From: Octopus bimaculoides
Taxonomy: Eukaryota
Direction of reading: 5' to 3'
DNA: 64,000 nucleotides
NCBI RefSeq assembly: GCF_001194135.2
Contig: NC_068982.1
Coordinates: 56,493,511-56,557,510 of the forward strand
Each line of letters opens with the position of its first letter. Positions within the stretch are counted from its first letter, which is position 1. Of this stretch, positions 1 to 12,168 are shown in pieces. Below the pieces are notes generated by a model. It was not told where the DNA came from. It saw only the letters and a list, made by a program, of their open reading frames with translations, and did not search any database. A program made the translations under genes and the position numbers.

Positions 1-992
1 ATATATATATATNNNNNNNNNNNNNNNNNNNNNNNNNNNNNNNNNNNNNNNNNNNNNNNNNNNNNNNNNNNNNNNNNNNNNNNNNNNNNNNNNNNNNNNN
101 NNNNNNNNNNNNNNNNNNNNNNNNNNNNNNNNNNNNNNNNNNNNNNNNNNNNNNNNNNNNNNNNNNNNNNNNNNNNNNNNNNNNNNNNNNNNNNNNNNNN
201 NNNNNNNNNNNNNNNNNNNNNNNNNNNNNNNNNNNNNNNNNNNNNNNNNNNNNNNNNNNNNNNNNNNNNNNNNNNNNNNNNNNNNNNNNNNNNNNNNNNN
301 NNNNNNNNNNNNNNNNNNNNNNNNNNNNNNNNNNNNNNNNNNNNNNNNNNNNNNNNNNNNNNNNNNNNNNNNNNNNNNNNNNNNNNNNNNNNNNNNNNNN
401 NNNNNNNNNNNNNNNNNNNNNNNNNNNNNNNNNNNNNNNNNNNNNNNNNNNNNNNNNNNNNNNNNNNNNNNNNNNNNNNNNNNNNNNNNNNNNNNNNNNN
501 NNNNNNNNNNNNNNNNNNNNNNNNNNNNNNNNNNNNNNNNNNNNNNNNNNNNNNNNNNNNNNNNNNNNNNNNNNNNNNNNNNNNNNNNNNCATCCTAGTT
601 TATACCAGTGTTCAGTGAAAACTAAATATATTAGTTTTGCATTGATCTATAAAGGTATTTATAAATATTTATGAATGAGAAAAAGAAGAAAATGGAGAAA
701 TTGACAAGCAGACATCAGTTTATTTAAAGATATTCAAATCCATATAATGAAATTCCAGTCCTACAGCCGTTTCCATATCCAATTAGTTCAATTACAGAAA
801 TTAGATTAAATTAAATTAATTTAATTTAAATTGTGATATTGAAACTACTTAATTGGGTATTTCATCAGGGAAGAATTTCTCAAAAGAGTTATATTTCAAC
901 GTGTTTGTTGACCTAAGATAGACTCATATGAGTGTGCTTTAGAATGTGTGAGTTGTTTAAAAAAAAACATTATTTTCATATATATGCATATA

Positions 993-1497
993 CGAGGGTG
1001 AGTCAAAAAATAATGCTATTTTGTTTAGGACAGGCATAATTACCAACACAGGAACATGTATCATACACTCTGTGTGTATACATACATATATATGTGTGCG
1101 TGTGTGTGTGTGTGTGTGTGTCTGCAGATATATTTGTGTGTATGTGTACATATTCAGATGTATACATACATATATATGTATATATTCAGATGTATACATA
1201 CATATATAAATATAAGTGTATATATACTACGTGATGAATATTACCTCAACATAGTCACTGTTTCTTTCAATAGCAATGTTCCACCTTCGAATGAGAGCAT
1301 GTATCCCTGCCCCGTAAAATTCTGTTAACTGTTCTTTGAGCCACTTCTTCACTCCCTCCACACTCACCAGATTTGGCACCTTCAGACTATCATCTCTTCG
1401 GCGCCACGAAAGAGGGTCTGAGAGGCAAACAGTATTCCAGTGACGAGGAAGCGAAAACTGTCGTGAAGAAGCGGCTCGAAGAACAGTCAACAGAATA
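993..1497. mobile_element. Rearranged mariner transposon relic (3' TIR plus C-terminal transposase pieces on both strands)
   Basis: TA followed by a TIR-like CGAGGGTGAGTCAAAAA at 991-1009. Plus-strand 1352-1495 translates LPPHSPDLAPSDYHLFGATKEGLRGKQYSSDEEAKTVVKKRLEEQSTE (mariner YSPDLAPSDY motif). Minus-strand ~1352-1243 translates VKKWLKEQLTEFYGAGIHALIRRWNIAIERNSDYVE (mariner C-terminus). Interrupted by a microsatellite. Confidence 0.85.
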
Positions 1498-1540
1498 AAC
1501 AAAAGATTTTAGCGTGAGACATTCTTCTATAGTAATGCCC

Positions 1541-1585
<45 letters not shown>

Positions 1586-2399
1586 CGTGTGTGTGTGCGT
1601 GTGTATGTGTGTGTGTATATATATATATACACATACATACATACATACACACGACGGGAATCCGCACAGTTTCCGTCTACAGAGTTCAATGACCACGCAT
1701 GTGATGACCATGCCGTCAACGTCTATTAGCATAAATCTTCCTCAATGAAGGCAACATCAGCAACAGAAACACGCACAAGCGCGCGCGCTCACGCCCCCTC
1801 CCACCGACACACACACACACACACACATACGTACACACGCACGCAAACAGACGCAGACATTTATTTTCCAGTAAATTTTTAATATACTAATGATAGGATG
1901 TGGAGACAATTAAAAAAAGATAACTGGCACACGGAAAAGCCCCCCCCCCAAAAAAAAAAATTATTAAATAAATAAATATATAAAATAAATAAATAAAAAT
2001 TGAAAAAAAAAAAAAAAAAATGTGATAAAATAAATAGAGAAAACAAAATGAAGACCTAAAATATAATAGATGATACATAAATGATTTATTTACATCGTAT
2101 GCGGATATATATAGGTCAGTTTAATAATCCAGATAATGAAAAATGAAAAATGTTTGGTTCGTCATTTCACGAGTTCAAGTTTACTATTCATCGTCATCAC
2201 CTTCAGCAACGGCAACAGCATCCCTATCATCTCTTCCACCACTGGCAACATCATCATCATCATCTTTTTTTTTTTTGTTTGTTTGTTTTGTTTTTAGAGC
2301 CATGTCAATATTTGTCAGGATTAAAAAATAACAGATAATCCATTTGATTATCCTCTCTCGTTCGTTGAAGAAATCTACCAAAGGGCCTCTTCTCCTCTA

Positions 2400-2619
2400 C
2401 AATTATCTTCATCATCATCATCATCATCGTCGTCGTCGTTGTTATCATCCTCACCTCCGCCTCCACCATCAATAGCACTTTCCTCTCGCTTCTCCTCATC
2501 ACCATCACCGTCATCATCGTCATGATGATGATGATCATCATCATTATATCATCATCATCATCATCATCACCACCACCACCACCACTTCCACCAACACCAT
2601 CGTCGTCGTCGTCATCATC

Positions 2620-2654
<35 letters not shown>

Positions 2655-2886
2655 TATTGTTGCCATAATCAATGTCAGTGTCATCATCATGATGATGGTA
2701 TCCACTGCCATCATCGCTGTTGTCATAATCATCATCATCATCATCATCATATCATCATAATCATCACCATCATCACCACCATTACCACCATTACCACCAC
2801 TACACCACCACCACTACACCACCACCACTACACCACCAACACTACACCACCACCACTACACCACCACCACTACTATCATTACCTTT

Positions 2887-2920
<34 letters not shown>

Positions 2921-3128
2921 TCATCCATCGTAACACAAGATCGTCAGCCACTCTCACTACAAATACAAAAAACCCCCACTCGAACCACCATCCACCACTG
3001 CCACCATCATCAGCATCCTCACCACCACTAAACACCAACGACAGCACCCCTTCCAATCACCTTCCTCCTTCTCCTCCTCATCACCATCATCGTCTTCACC
3101 GCCACCACCGCCGCCACCCCCCACAATC

Positions 3129-3160
<32 letters not shown>

Positions 3161-3170
3161 CATCATCGGC
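2400..3170. repeat. Long compound trinucleotide tract (ATC/GTC/ACC, with an ACCACCACT 9-mer block)
   Basis: Seen directly. It produces the poly-M/V/T/H ORFs in the track. Confidence 0.95.
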
Positions 3171-3507
3171 TCCATTTCTCCACCCAGTCTCTACCCCAGT
3201 CATTTTTCCATGCATATTTGGCCCCTGCCACCCCACCCCCACCACTGTTTATCAATGACCGTATTGATAACGATATTTATATTTTCAAAAGTTGCCCATG
3301 AAAGATAGACTCTAAATCGAAAGAATTATATTTATCTATCATCTCTTCATATCATTAGCTACATTATTTATCAAACTATTTATTTCTTCTTTATTATCTT
3401 TGTTTCACTATTTCAAACCAAATTTTTGTTTCGTAGTGGCGAGCGGGACAGCATTATTTGATTATAAAAGAATAAAGATAACGATTGGAAGAAAAAAAAA
3501 ATCGACT

Positions 3508-3513
3508 CGTATG

Positions 3514-3572
<59 letters not shown>

Positions 3573-3582
3573 CATCATTATC

Positions 3583-3624
<42 letters not shown>

Positions 3625-3668
3625 GTTGTTGTTGTTGTTGTTGTTGTTGCTGTTGATGATGTTGTTGT
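3508..3668. repeat. (TAT)n-(TGT)n microsatellite
   Basis: Seen directly. Confidence 0.95.
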
Positions 3669-3810
3669 TTTCTTATTTTAATTTAGACTTATTTTTAACA
3701 ATATTTTCTGGCCGATTGCACAAACAAATTTATTGAATATCATTTACCCATGTCAGACCTTTTCACCCCACCTTAATGTTCGAATTGATTATTGTGCGTA
3801 CACACCTACG

Positions 3811-3859
<49 letters not shown>

Positions 3860-4199
3860 ACACACAAGCGCATACCCACAGCTTCATACACACTCATGTG
3901 TGTTCATGTGTGTATTTAAAGGGAAAATAAAGAAATGAATCCTCTTCAAAACATTGAACTACTTTTTATCACTATGACTTTTCAGCATAACTCTTGATTA
4001 CTCCACCAATATTGTTCCTTGAAAATAGTCCCTCATATGCAATATCCGATTTCAATATCAGATTCGCGTTTGGCCGTACGGCTTTTTAATGTTGTTTTCA
4101 CTGTCCATTTTTTCCTGTCTTGGTTTGTGTTTGCCACCTTGGAATCCTCTGTTTAGTGGGTCGATCCACTACTCAGGAAGAGACTATTCTAGAATGCAT

Positions 4200-4420
4200 T
4201 CTGCCTTATCTTCGAAACGCCTAGTTAGAATAGAGGCAGCTGATGAAGGAATAATTCCAAGTGGCTATCTGTTTTCCTATGTGTTCGTTCCGTTGTCTGT
4301 AGTTCATTTTTCTAACGTCGTGTACCCTGATATGCATCTATATACACATGTAGATGTAAGTATGTACATATATGTGTGTATACATGCATATATATTTTTT
4401 GTAATATATATATATATGTA
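4200..4420 (+). repeat. Interspersed repeat with CTTCGAAACGC...GGCAGCTGATGAAGG core and a CGTC(C/G)TGTACCC-ATATGCAT tail
   Basis: Homologous copies at 40850-41110 (-) and 45090-45300 (+). Related partial copies near 5710-5940 and 9790-9870. Confidence 0.7.
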
Positions 4421-7084
4421 TGTATGTATATAGTAGATGGAAAAAATAACGAGAGGAAAATCGCTAAGTTTGGGTGTGTTATTAAAGATTAAAATATTGT
4501 TCGAATTCTTTTTATCGACGTGTAGTCAAACTATTTATGCAAACTATTTCTTGTTATCTTTTTTAACATGCCTGCAAACGATTGTCGTATATACCCTTGC
4601 TGATATTGAATAATGAAAATTGTAGACAACATTTATTCAGTGAGGATTGGATAGAATAAGATAGTAGCAAAGAAATAATATAAATATATATGCACTAAAT
4701 AAATAGATGAAAATTTGCTAAGATAAAAGCACTGAAATAGCCTCCTGAAATTTTATAGGGGAATGAATATAAATTCATTGAAACGTTTGTAATATGGCGA
4801 CAAGATAATATTGATGTATTTCCTCACAATGAAAATTTCGAGAAGAATCCATGTAGAAGTAAAACTTTGGAAGAAAAGAAAGGATTGAATATATATATTT
4901 AAAAAAAAAAAAAAGCGGAAAGAAAATATTGGCAAAAATAGAAAGTAGAATTAAAAAATAAATAAAATAAGAAAACAATAATAAAATGATAAGGCAAAAC
5001 AAAGCGATATTGTTTCAGACATAATGTGCGGGTTTAACGGCATTTGTTAGTTAAAGAAGAAAACAAAGCCAGATATTTTTGTAAATTTGAAAGTTTCATG
5101 GAATTCTCACAGCTACATTATTATTTTTTTTGCAATTTCTTAAAAAATTTTTCAATTTTTTGACGTCTTTTTTTCTTCTTTTTCCTTCATTCGGGAAAAA
5201 GAATGAGATAATTTGTGGATTTGGTTCGCAACAACCTGACGTGTCTGCGATGTGGATTTATTCGCTAAACATAACTTTCATTAGCAGTTGCATCCCTTTT
5301 ATTTCCTATTTTACACCAATTTACACCCATGGGAAGATTGGCAGGAATATACGTCTTATGTTTTCCTTATTTTAGCCTCTAAAGAAAAGATAGCAAGTCC
5401 CCAGAATATTTAGAGCCTCAGACAAAATACTTGCAATCGGCTTTCCGGTATTTGCTCCAGCTCTTTACGTTCTCAGTTCAATCATTCCTTGAAGTCAACT
5501 TTACTGTACATACTTCATCACATGTAAACAAACAAAAAAACAAACAAAAAGAGAAAAATGCTAGTTAAGTGGCTATGCGATAAGAGGCTTGCTTCCCAAT
5601 TACATGACTCCGGGTTCAGTCCTACTGCGTGGCACCTTGGGCAAGTGTCTATCTCGGACCGACGCAAACATAAAGGAGGCCGTAGCCGGCAGAGTAGATG
5701 GAACAGGGACAACTGACGAAGGGGTATGCTCTTTATATTGCATGTCTCGTTTCTCTGTTTGTTTGTTTTTTTCGTTGTTCGAAAAAAGTTCATTTTCTGT
5801 TTTCGTTTTTATGTTTTCGTTTCTCATTGTGTTTAACGTTTTTTTTTTTGTGATGTCCTGTACCCATATATGCATGTATGTATACATATAGATGGAGGTA
5901 TGTACATATATGTATGGATATATGCATATGTTTATATATTATTTATATTATTATATGATCGAACGCCACGCATCCTTTCCCAAGTAATTTATTTATATAT
6001 ATATATATAGTTGATTCAAATGAGCAAACAATTCAGATAAACTAATAAAAATGGACAACGTGAGGANNNNNNNNNNNNNNNNNNNNNNNNNNNNNNNNNN
6101 NNNNNNNNNNNNNNNNNNNNNNNNNNNNNNNNNNNNNNNNNNNNNNNNNNNNNNNNNNNNNNNNNNNNNNNNNNNNNNNNNNNNNNNNNNNNNNNNNNNN
6201 NNNNNNNNNNNNNNNNNNNNNNNNNNNNNNNNNNNNNNNNNNNNNNNNNNNNNNNNNNNNNNCAAAGGAGAAAGGCAAAAGTCTAAAGAAAAAGAAATCG
6301 CCAACGGCACGCTTGTGGTTACATTGCTGGAGTGACCGGAAGTAGAAAGAGAGAGAGAAAGTAGTTTTTTGGGAGAGAAGAATGTGAAGATGGTCAGTAT
6401 GTGTGTGTGTAGTGTGAAAATAGTCAGTATGTGTGTGTGTATGTGTGTGTGTGTGTATGTGTGTGTGTGTGTGTGTATGTGTGTGTGTGGTAATATCTTT
6501 GTGCTTGTGTTTTGTGTTTATGTGAGTAATAAGTGTGTGTGTGGTGGTATCTGTGTGCGTGTGTTTTGGGGTTTGTGTGTGGTGGTATCTGTGTGCGTGT
6601 GTTTTGGGGTTTGTGTGTGTGGTATGTATGTGCATGTGTGTGTGTGTGTGTGTTTATGAGTGTGTGTGTCTTTATGAGTGTGTGTGTGTTTGTCCCGCAC
6701 CACCGCTTATCAACCAGACTTAAGAAACATAAGTATTGGTACATTTTCTGTTTTAAACGTGTAAATTAAAATTCTTCAAGGCGGTGCCCCAACATGGCTG
6801 CAGTCTAATGACTGAAACAAATTCACTCACAAAGCATAAGTCAGCCCGGGGCTATAGCAGAATATAGTTGCCCAAAGTGCAGCGCATGGTACTGAACCCA
6901 AAGCCACGTAGTTGCAAAACAAGTTTCTTAACCACACAGCCAATCATAATTTTGACAGAAATTATGGGAACTGTGTAGAAATCCATCGGATTGGGTGTGC
7001 CTGGAAGTCAATGGCCGAAACTTGTTACATATAGTGTTACACTGATTCTGCCACAGAATGTTACACTGATTCTGTCACAGAATG

Positions 7085-7391
7085 ACCATTGGAATGCAAC
7101 TAGAAATTCCTCTCCAAAGCACACGCCCGGGCAAAGTAGTTTATGGAAGACCAGTAGTCGCCCATGCATACCAGCCTTTCCTCTCCACGCCACCGACGTT
7201 ATCCAAAAGAAAGGCAAAAGCCGATACAGCTTGGCACAGGTGACGTCACAACTAGTTTCTACAACTGAGTGAACTGGAGCAACGTAAAATAAAGTGTCTT
7301 ACTAAAGAACACAACACACAGCCCGGCCCGGGAATCGTGTTCACAACATCATGATTGTGCGCGGACGCTCTAACCACTGAGCCATGCACCT
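7085..7391 (-). mobile_element. tRNA-headed SINE, family D
   Basis: Reverse-complement homologue of 45919-46258 (AGGTGCATGGCTCAGTGGTTAGAGCG head; CATGGGCGACT(A/G)CTGGTCTTCCATAAAC body). Confidence 0.8.
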
Positions 7392-7871
7392 TCGTGCCTC
7401 TACAGTGTTGCTCAAATACATGCTACTGGCCACTCTGAGCTATTTTTCTTAAATCACTTTTGTTTCTTATGCAAATTACCTAGGCCGTAAATCCGTTCTA
7501 CTCTCTTTTTATACAAGTTCAAGTCCTTTGGCCAGTGAAGATAGAGCCGGAGACTTGGTGCGCCGATGATCACTTTTAACTCAGACACACGTATCCACAT
7601 TGTCCTCTTATTTCTTGATAGCAAGCTCGTTCTTTTACTTAACGGCATTTTCATCCTGGAGAAAACTTAATCGTTGAAGTTATTCTTTTACTTGTCTGAG
7701 TAATTAGACTGTGGCTATGCTGGAGCACCGCTTTGATGTATTTTAGACGAACTAATGGACCCCTGCACTAATTTAGAAACCTGATAATTAATTTATTGGT
7801 CTCTTTTGTCGAACCGCTATGTTACGGAGGCATAGATACAAAAACACTAGTAGTCAGTTGGTGGTGGGCGA

Positions 7872-7920
<49 letters not shown>

Positions 7921-8012
7921 GTAGTGAAAATTTACAAAAAAACAAAAGACGAAGACAGGTGTGTAAACAACAAACAGATGTATTAGTTTAACGCTCAGGA
8001 AATGGAGGAAGT

Positions 8013-8048
8013 CTTTTACGTTTCGAGCCTACGCTCTTCGACAGAAAG
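8013..8048 (-). ncRNA. Minimal type-I hammerhead-like motif with variant core (CUGUCGA)
   Basis: Minus strand reads CTTT-CTGTCGA-A-GAGC-GTAG-GCTC-GAAA-CG-TA-AAAG. Stem I is 4 bp, stem II is 4 bp, and the triplet is GUA. The conserved A6 is U. Confidence 0.5.
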
Positions 8049-9422
8049 GAATACAGAAATAAACAAGGAGAGAAAATAGAAAAAGGTTTTGTTTTTTGTC
8101 CGCCGCTACATTCCTCCATGGCNNNNNNNNNNNNNNNNNNNNNNNNNNNNNNNNNNNNNNNNNNNNNNNNNNNNNNNNNNNNNNNNNNNNNNNNNNNNNN
8201 NNNNNNNNNNNNNNNNNNNNNNNNNNNNNNNNNNNNNNNNNNNNNNNNNNNNNNNNNNNNNNNNNNNNNNNNNNNNNNNNNNNNNNNNNNNNNNNNNNNN
8301 NNNNNNNNNNNNNNNNNNNNNNNNNNNNNNNNNNNNNNNNNNNNNNNNNNNNNNNNNNNNNNNNNNNNNNNNNNNNNNNNNNNNNNNNNNNNNNNNNNNN
8401 NNNNNNNNNNNNNNNNNNTATATATATATATATATATATTATACGACGGGGTTCTTTCAGGTTCCATCAGCTAAATCCACTCATAAGGTTTTGGCTGGCC
8501 CGATGCTATAGTAGTAGACATTTGCCCAGTGTCACGCAGTGGGACTGAACCTGCAACCATATGGTTCGGAAGCAAGCTTTTTACCATACAGCCACGCCTC
8601 TGTGTGTGTGTGTGTTGGTTTGCTTGCTTATGTCTGCGTAACCTAGGGGTTCGGCGAAAAGAAGCTGATAAAAGCAGTACCAGGTTTTAAAAGATTAAAC
8701 CGGGAGGTGCTATAGCTTGGCCGCAGTCCAATGACTAAAACTAGTGAAAGATAAAAAAAAAAATTCATATATCTTTTTTTTTCAATACCAGCATTTGTCT
8801 ACGCAACTCAACAAACAATTAACTTAGTTGATCGAACAACTGAATTCTCATCGTCGAAACCGACGGAGATCCATTATTACAGACGGTCTTTTATAACACT
8901 CTCTAACATGCTGTGGACAGACACTGAATCATTTATCGTCATTCTTTTACTTATATATATTTTTTTGCACTCTTCATTGCTGTCTCCTTAGTATAAACGC
9001 TTATTGCTTGTTCTTATCGGCATCTAATGCTTTAAGTGGGATCCTATTGACCACTTTAATGATTTTTATCTAGAGGTGAAATGTCTTAGCTTTGACTCCT
9101 ACACACAGAAACTATACCCTCCCTCTTCCGCAACAACCCTTTGCCTCTCTTCTTTCCCCATTTTTTCACCTCGCCACACAAACCGCTAACACACGCGCAT
9201 TTACGCATACACACACGCATACACATATTAGAACGCGCGCTCATACAAACTTCTCTTTCTTTCTGTCTGTCTGTCTGTCTCCCTCTCTTTCTCTCTCTCT
9301 CCCTCTGTGTCTCATTCACTCGCACACGCCTTGCCCATAAATGCCATAATCGATTTCTCATTACCATCACGGCTGGTTCAGTCCGTAAGCAAGCCGTTAT
9401 CTCCTAGATCTGACCTATCCTC

Positions 9423-9457
<35 letters not shown>

Positions 9458-9897
9458 TCGCTCACATACACACACACACACGTATAGTCCAAACACACAG
9501 ACGCGCGCGCACACACACACACATGGCTATCTATGGCAAAGTCACAAAAAAGCAGGCAGATGAGTTCGCGAGCACATTGCTATAGAGAAATATGTAATGG
9601 ACTTAACACACAAAAGCTCGCGCTCATAAAGCGTACAAGCTGAAGTGCACACATGCATCATATTCACACATGTCTACATACATACAAACATACATACATA
9701 CATACATACACACACGCACACACACATGTTCAGGTGGTGCTATTAAGTCAGTCATGTCCAGGACCGATAATGGTCGAAAGCAATCTGAATTATATATACA
9801 TGTACGTATATATGCATATACTCACATATTATTTGTATTATATATATATAAACATACATATGTATTATGCTCAGAATCTTTGAGTTGCATAGAAGAA

Positions 9898-9984
<87 letters not shown>

Positions 9985-10041
9985 TTGTTTGTCTGTCTGT
10001 CTATATCTATATCTGTATATATACATACATACATACATACC

Positions 10042-10119
<78 letters not shown>

Positions 10120-10172
10120 GGTATATATGTATGTATGTATATATAGAGATGTAGATATATACAGACAGACAA

Positions 10173-10207
<35 letters not shown>

Positions 10208-10208
10208 T

Positions 10209-10278
<70 letters not shown>

Positions 10279-10680
10279 GCAGACGTGGCTGTGTGGTGAG
10301 AAGTTTGCTTTCCATCCACATGGTTTTCGGGTTCAGTTCTACTGCGTGGCATGATGAGCAAGTGTATTCTACTACAGCCACGGGCCGACCGAAGCCTTGT
10401 GAGTGGATTTGGCAGACAGAATCTGAAAGAAGCTTGTTGCGTCCGCGTGCGTGTAAAGTAATCTGCTACAAATTTACAAAGCGCTTATGTTTTTCTTCTC
10501 TGCACATGTTCAAAGTGGAACCGATATCAGCACTTTAGGAGGCGTACCACTGAGGGTTATCTTCTGTGGTCATTATATCTGTTAGAAATCGCAGCCAACT
10601 CTCATTCAAATCGTAATACATATACAGATCTACAGGTTTATACATAAATAGATCTGTGGTTGATGGTGATACCTCTACAC

Positions 10681-11340
10681 CAGAGCCGGATTAAAACCCA
10701 TAGAGGCCCTATACACTTAAAAAATTTTGGTGCCCTCACATATATAGAATTCAAAATATAAACAATAATGAAACATAGTATAAATTTTTATTTTCAAAAC
10801 GAATCAAAACTAACAGTAAGATCGAAAATACTGTCTATTTTTGTATACTTCCACTTCACTTATATTTGAAAAGTTTTCTCCCACTTTTTTTGAATTGCAG
10901 TCTTTCATCAGCTCCTGAAAGTTAATCTCACGTAACACATCTGCTTCTATACTTAGTAGCGATAAGGCATCCCGAATATTATTTTAGCAAGTTTAAAGTG
11001 ATTTCTTTTGTGCTGTAAACCATTTATCATTTCTGTGGTGCTCTACTTCCCTTGATGCTCTAAGAACATGCTTATTTTGCTTAATGGTTAATCCAGTGCT
11101 GCTCTACACCATAGGAGACATCTAGGTGCGCGGTTGATTTTCGAAAGTATATTTTAAAACTTTATATAATTCCTGCTAATGCATGAAAAACTTGTAAAAA
11201 AACAAAAGTTATTAATAGTTTTCAGTATTTCCGTAAATATCTTTTTGTAAGTTTAATATGTTTTGTATTTTTTAAACTATTCATGCATATTGCACTAATA
11301 ATCTGATATGCAGAGTGCCACGAAGTCAAAAACTATTTGA
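10681..11340 (-). mobile_element. hAT transposon relic with dimerization-domain remnant
   Basis: Begins CAGAGCCGGATTAA. Minus strand from 10971 translates DALSLLSIEADVLREINFQELMKDCNSKK, resembling the hAT C-terminal 'RLxxLxLLSIE' dimerization region. The right boundary is uncertain. Confidence 0.7.
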
Positions 11341-11833
11341 GAACAACTATTGAGAACAATAATATAGACAGATATATAACTTGTCTGTATATACAATTTC
11401 TGCTAACGTATCAGTAAGTTATTAATTTGTGTATAGGAGAGTTCATATAAGAATTCGACCAGTTCAATATCTAGTAATAGCAAAGAATCATACGTTTCGG
11501 AATTTTGACCTTCGTCAGAGAGAGATTGAGAGGTAGAGATTATATTACATGTGGTGTAAGTATTAATCGTTTTTTGTTGCTGTGTAACACCAGGACAAAC
11601 CTGACCTAACAGGCGTATGACCTGTATAGAATCGGGACTGGCTCATCTGTCGACCATACTGCATACTCCGACATGAAATAGCTTATAATATGGATGTTCA
11701 ATGTTGCACAATCATACCGTATGGTCCGATATGATGATAAGGGGTGCAGGATTGCCGTCTGGACATGCTGTGCATTTTTCACAGTCCAGTCGAATTATGT
11801 TGGTAGTGTAATTAGTGTTGTTTAGCTCTAGGT

Positions 11834-12168
11834 CAGGGGTTCTCAAACATTTTTTACCTATGTATCCCTTTGATGCCTATTTTACTCCACTGGACCCCCC
11901 CCCCCATAGCCATTCGATGTTTAAAAACATCCAGTGGTATTTGTATAATCAAATATTATTAGGACTTGTTACGATATTTTGTGTATTGTAGAAGTATAAC
12001 CAGTTGATTGCACCTAAACGTTACTGGTCTGAAGTAAAAAATTTTTCATGGCCCCTGAAAAATAACCGTGGACCCCCAATTGACTATATTGCATCCGTGG
12101 ACCCCACCACCCCACCAGATCTTATATGGACCCCTAGGGTCCATATGGACCATAGTTAAGAAACCCTG
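11834..12168. mobile_element. hAT (Charlie-type) MITE
   Basis: TIRs CAGGGGTTCTCAAAC / GTTAAGAAACCCTG. Perfect 8-bp TSD CTCTAGGT at 11826-11833 and 12169-12176. Confidence 0.92.

Noticed and set aside
957-3930. Many ORFs of HT/VC/YI/poly-M/poly-I type
   Set aside because: They are translations of di- and trinucleotide microsatellites. The same applies to similar ORFs throughout the window.
7035-7082. Two 24-nt direct repeats
   Set aside because: A simple adjacent tandem duplication at a SINE end, with no spacers. Not CRISPR-like.
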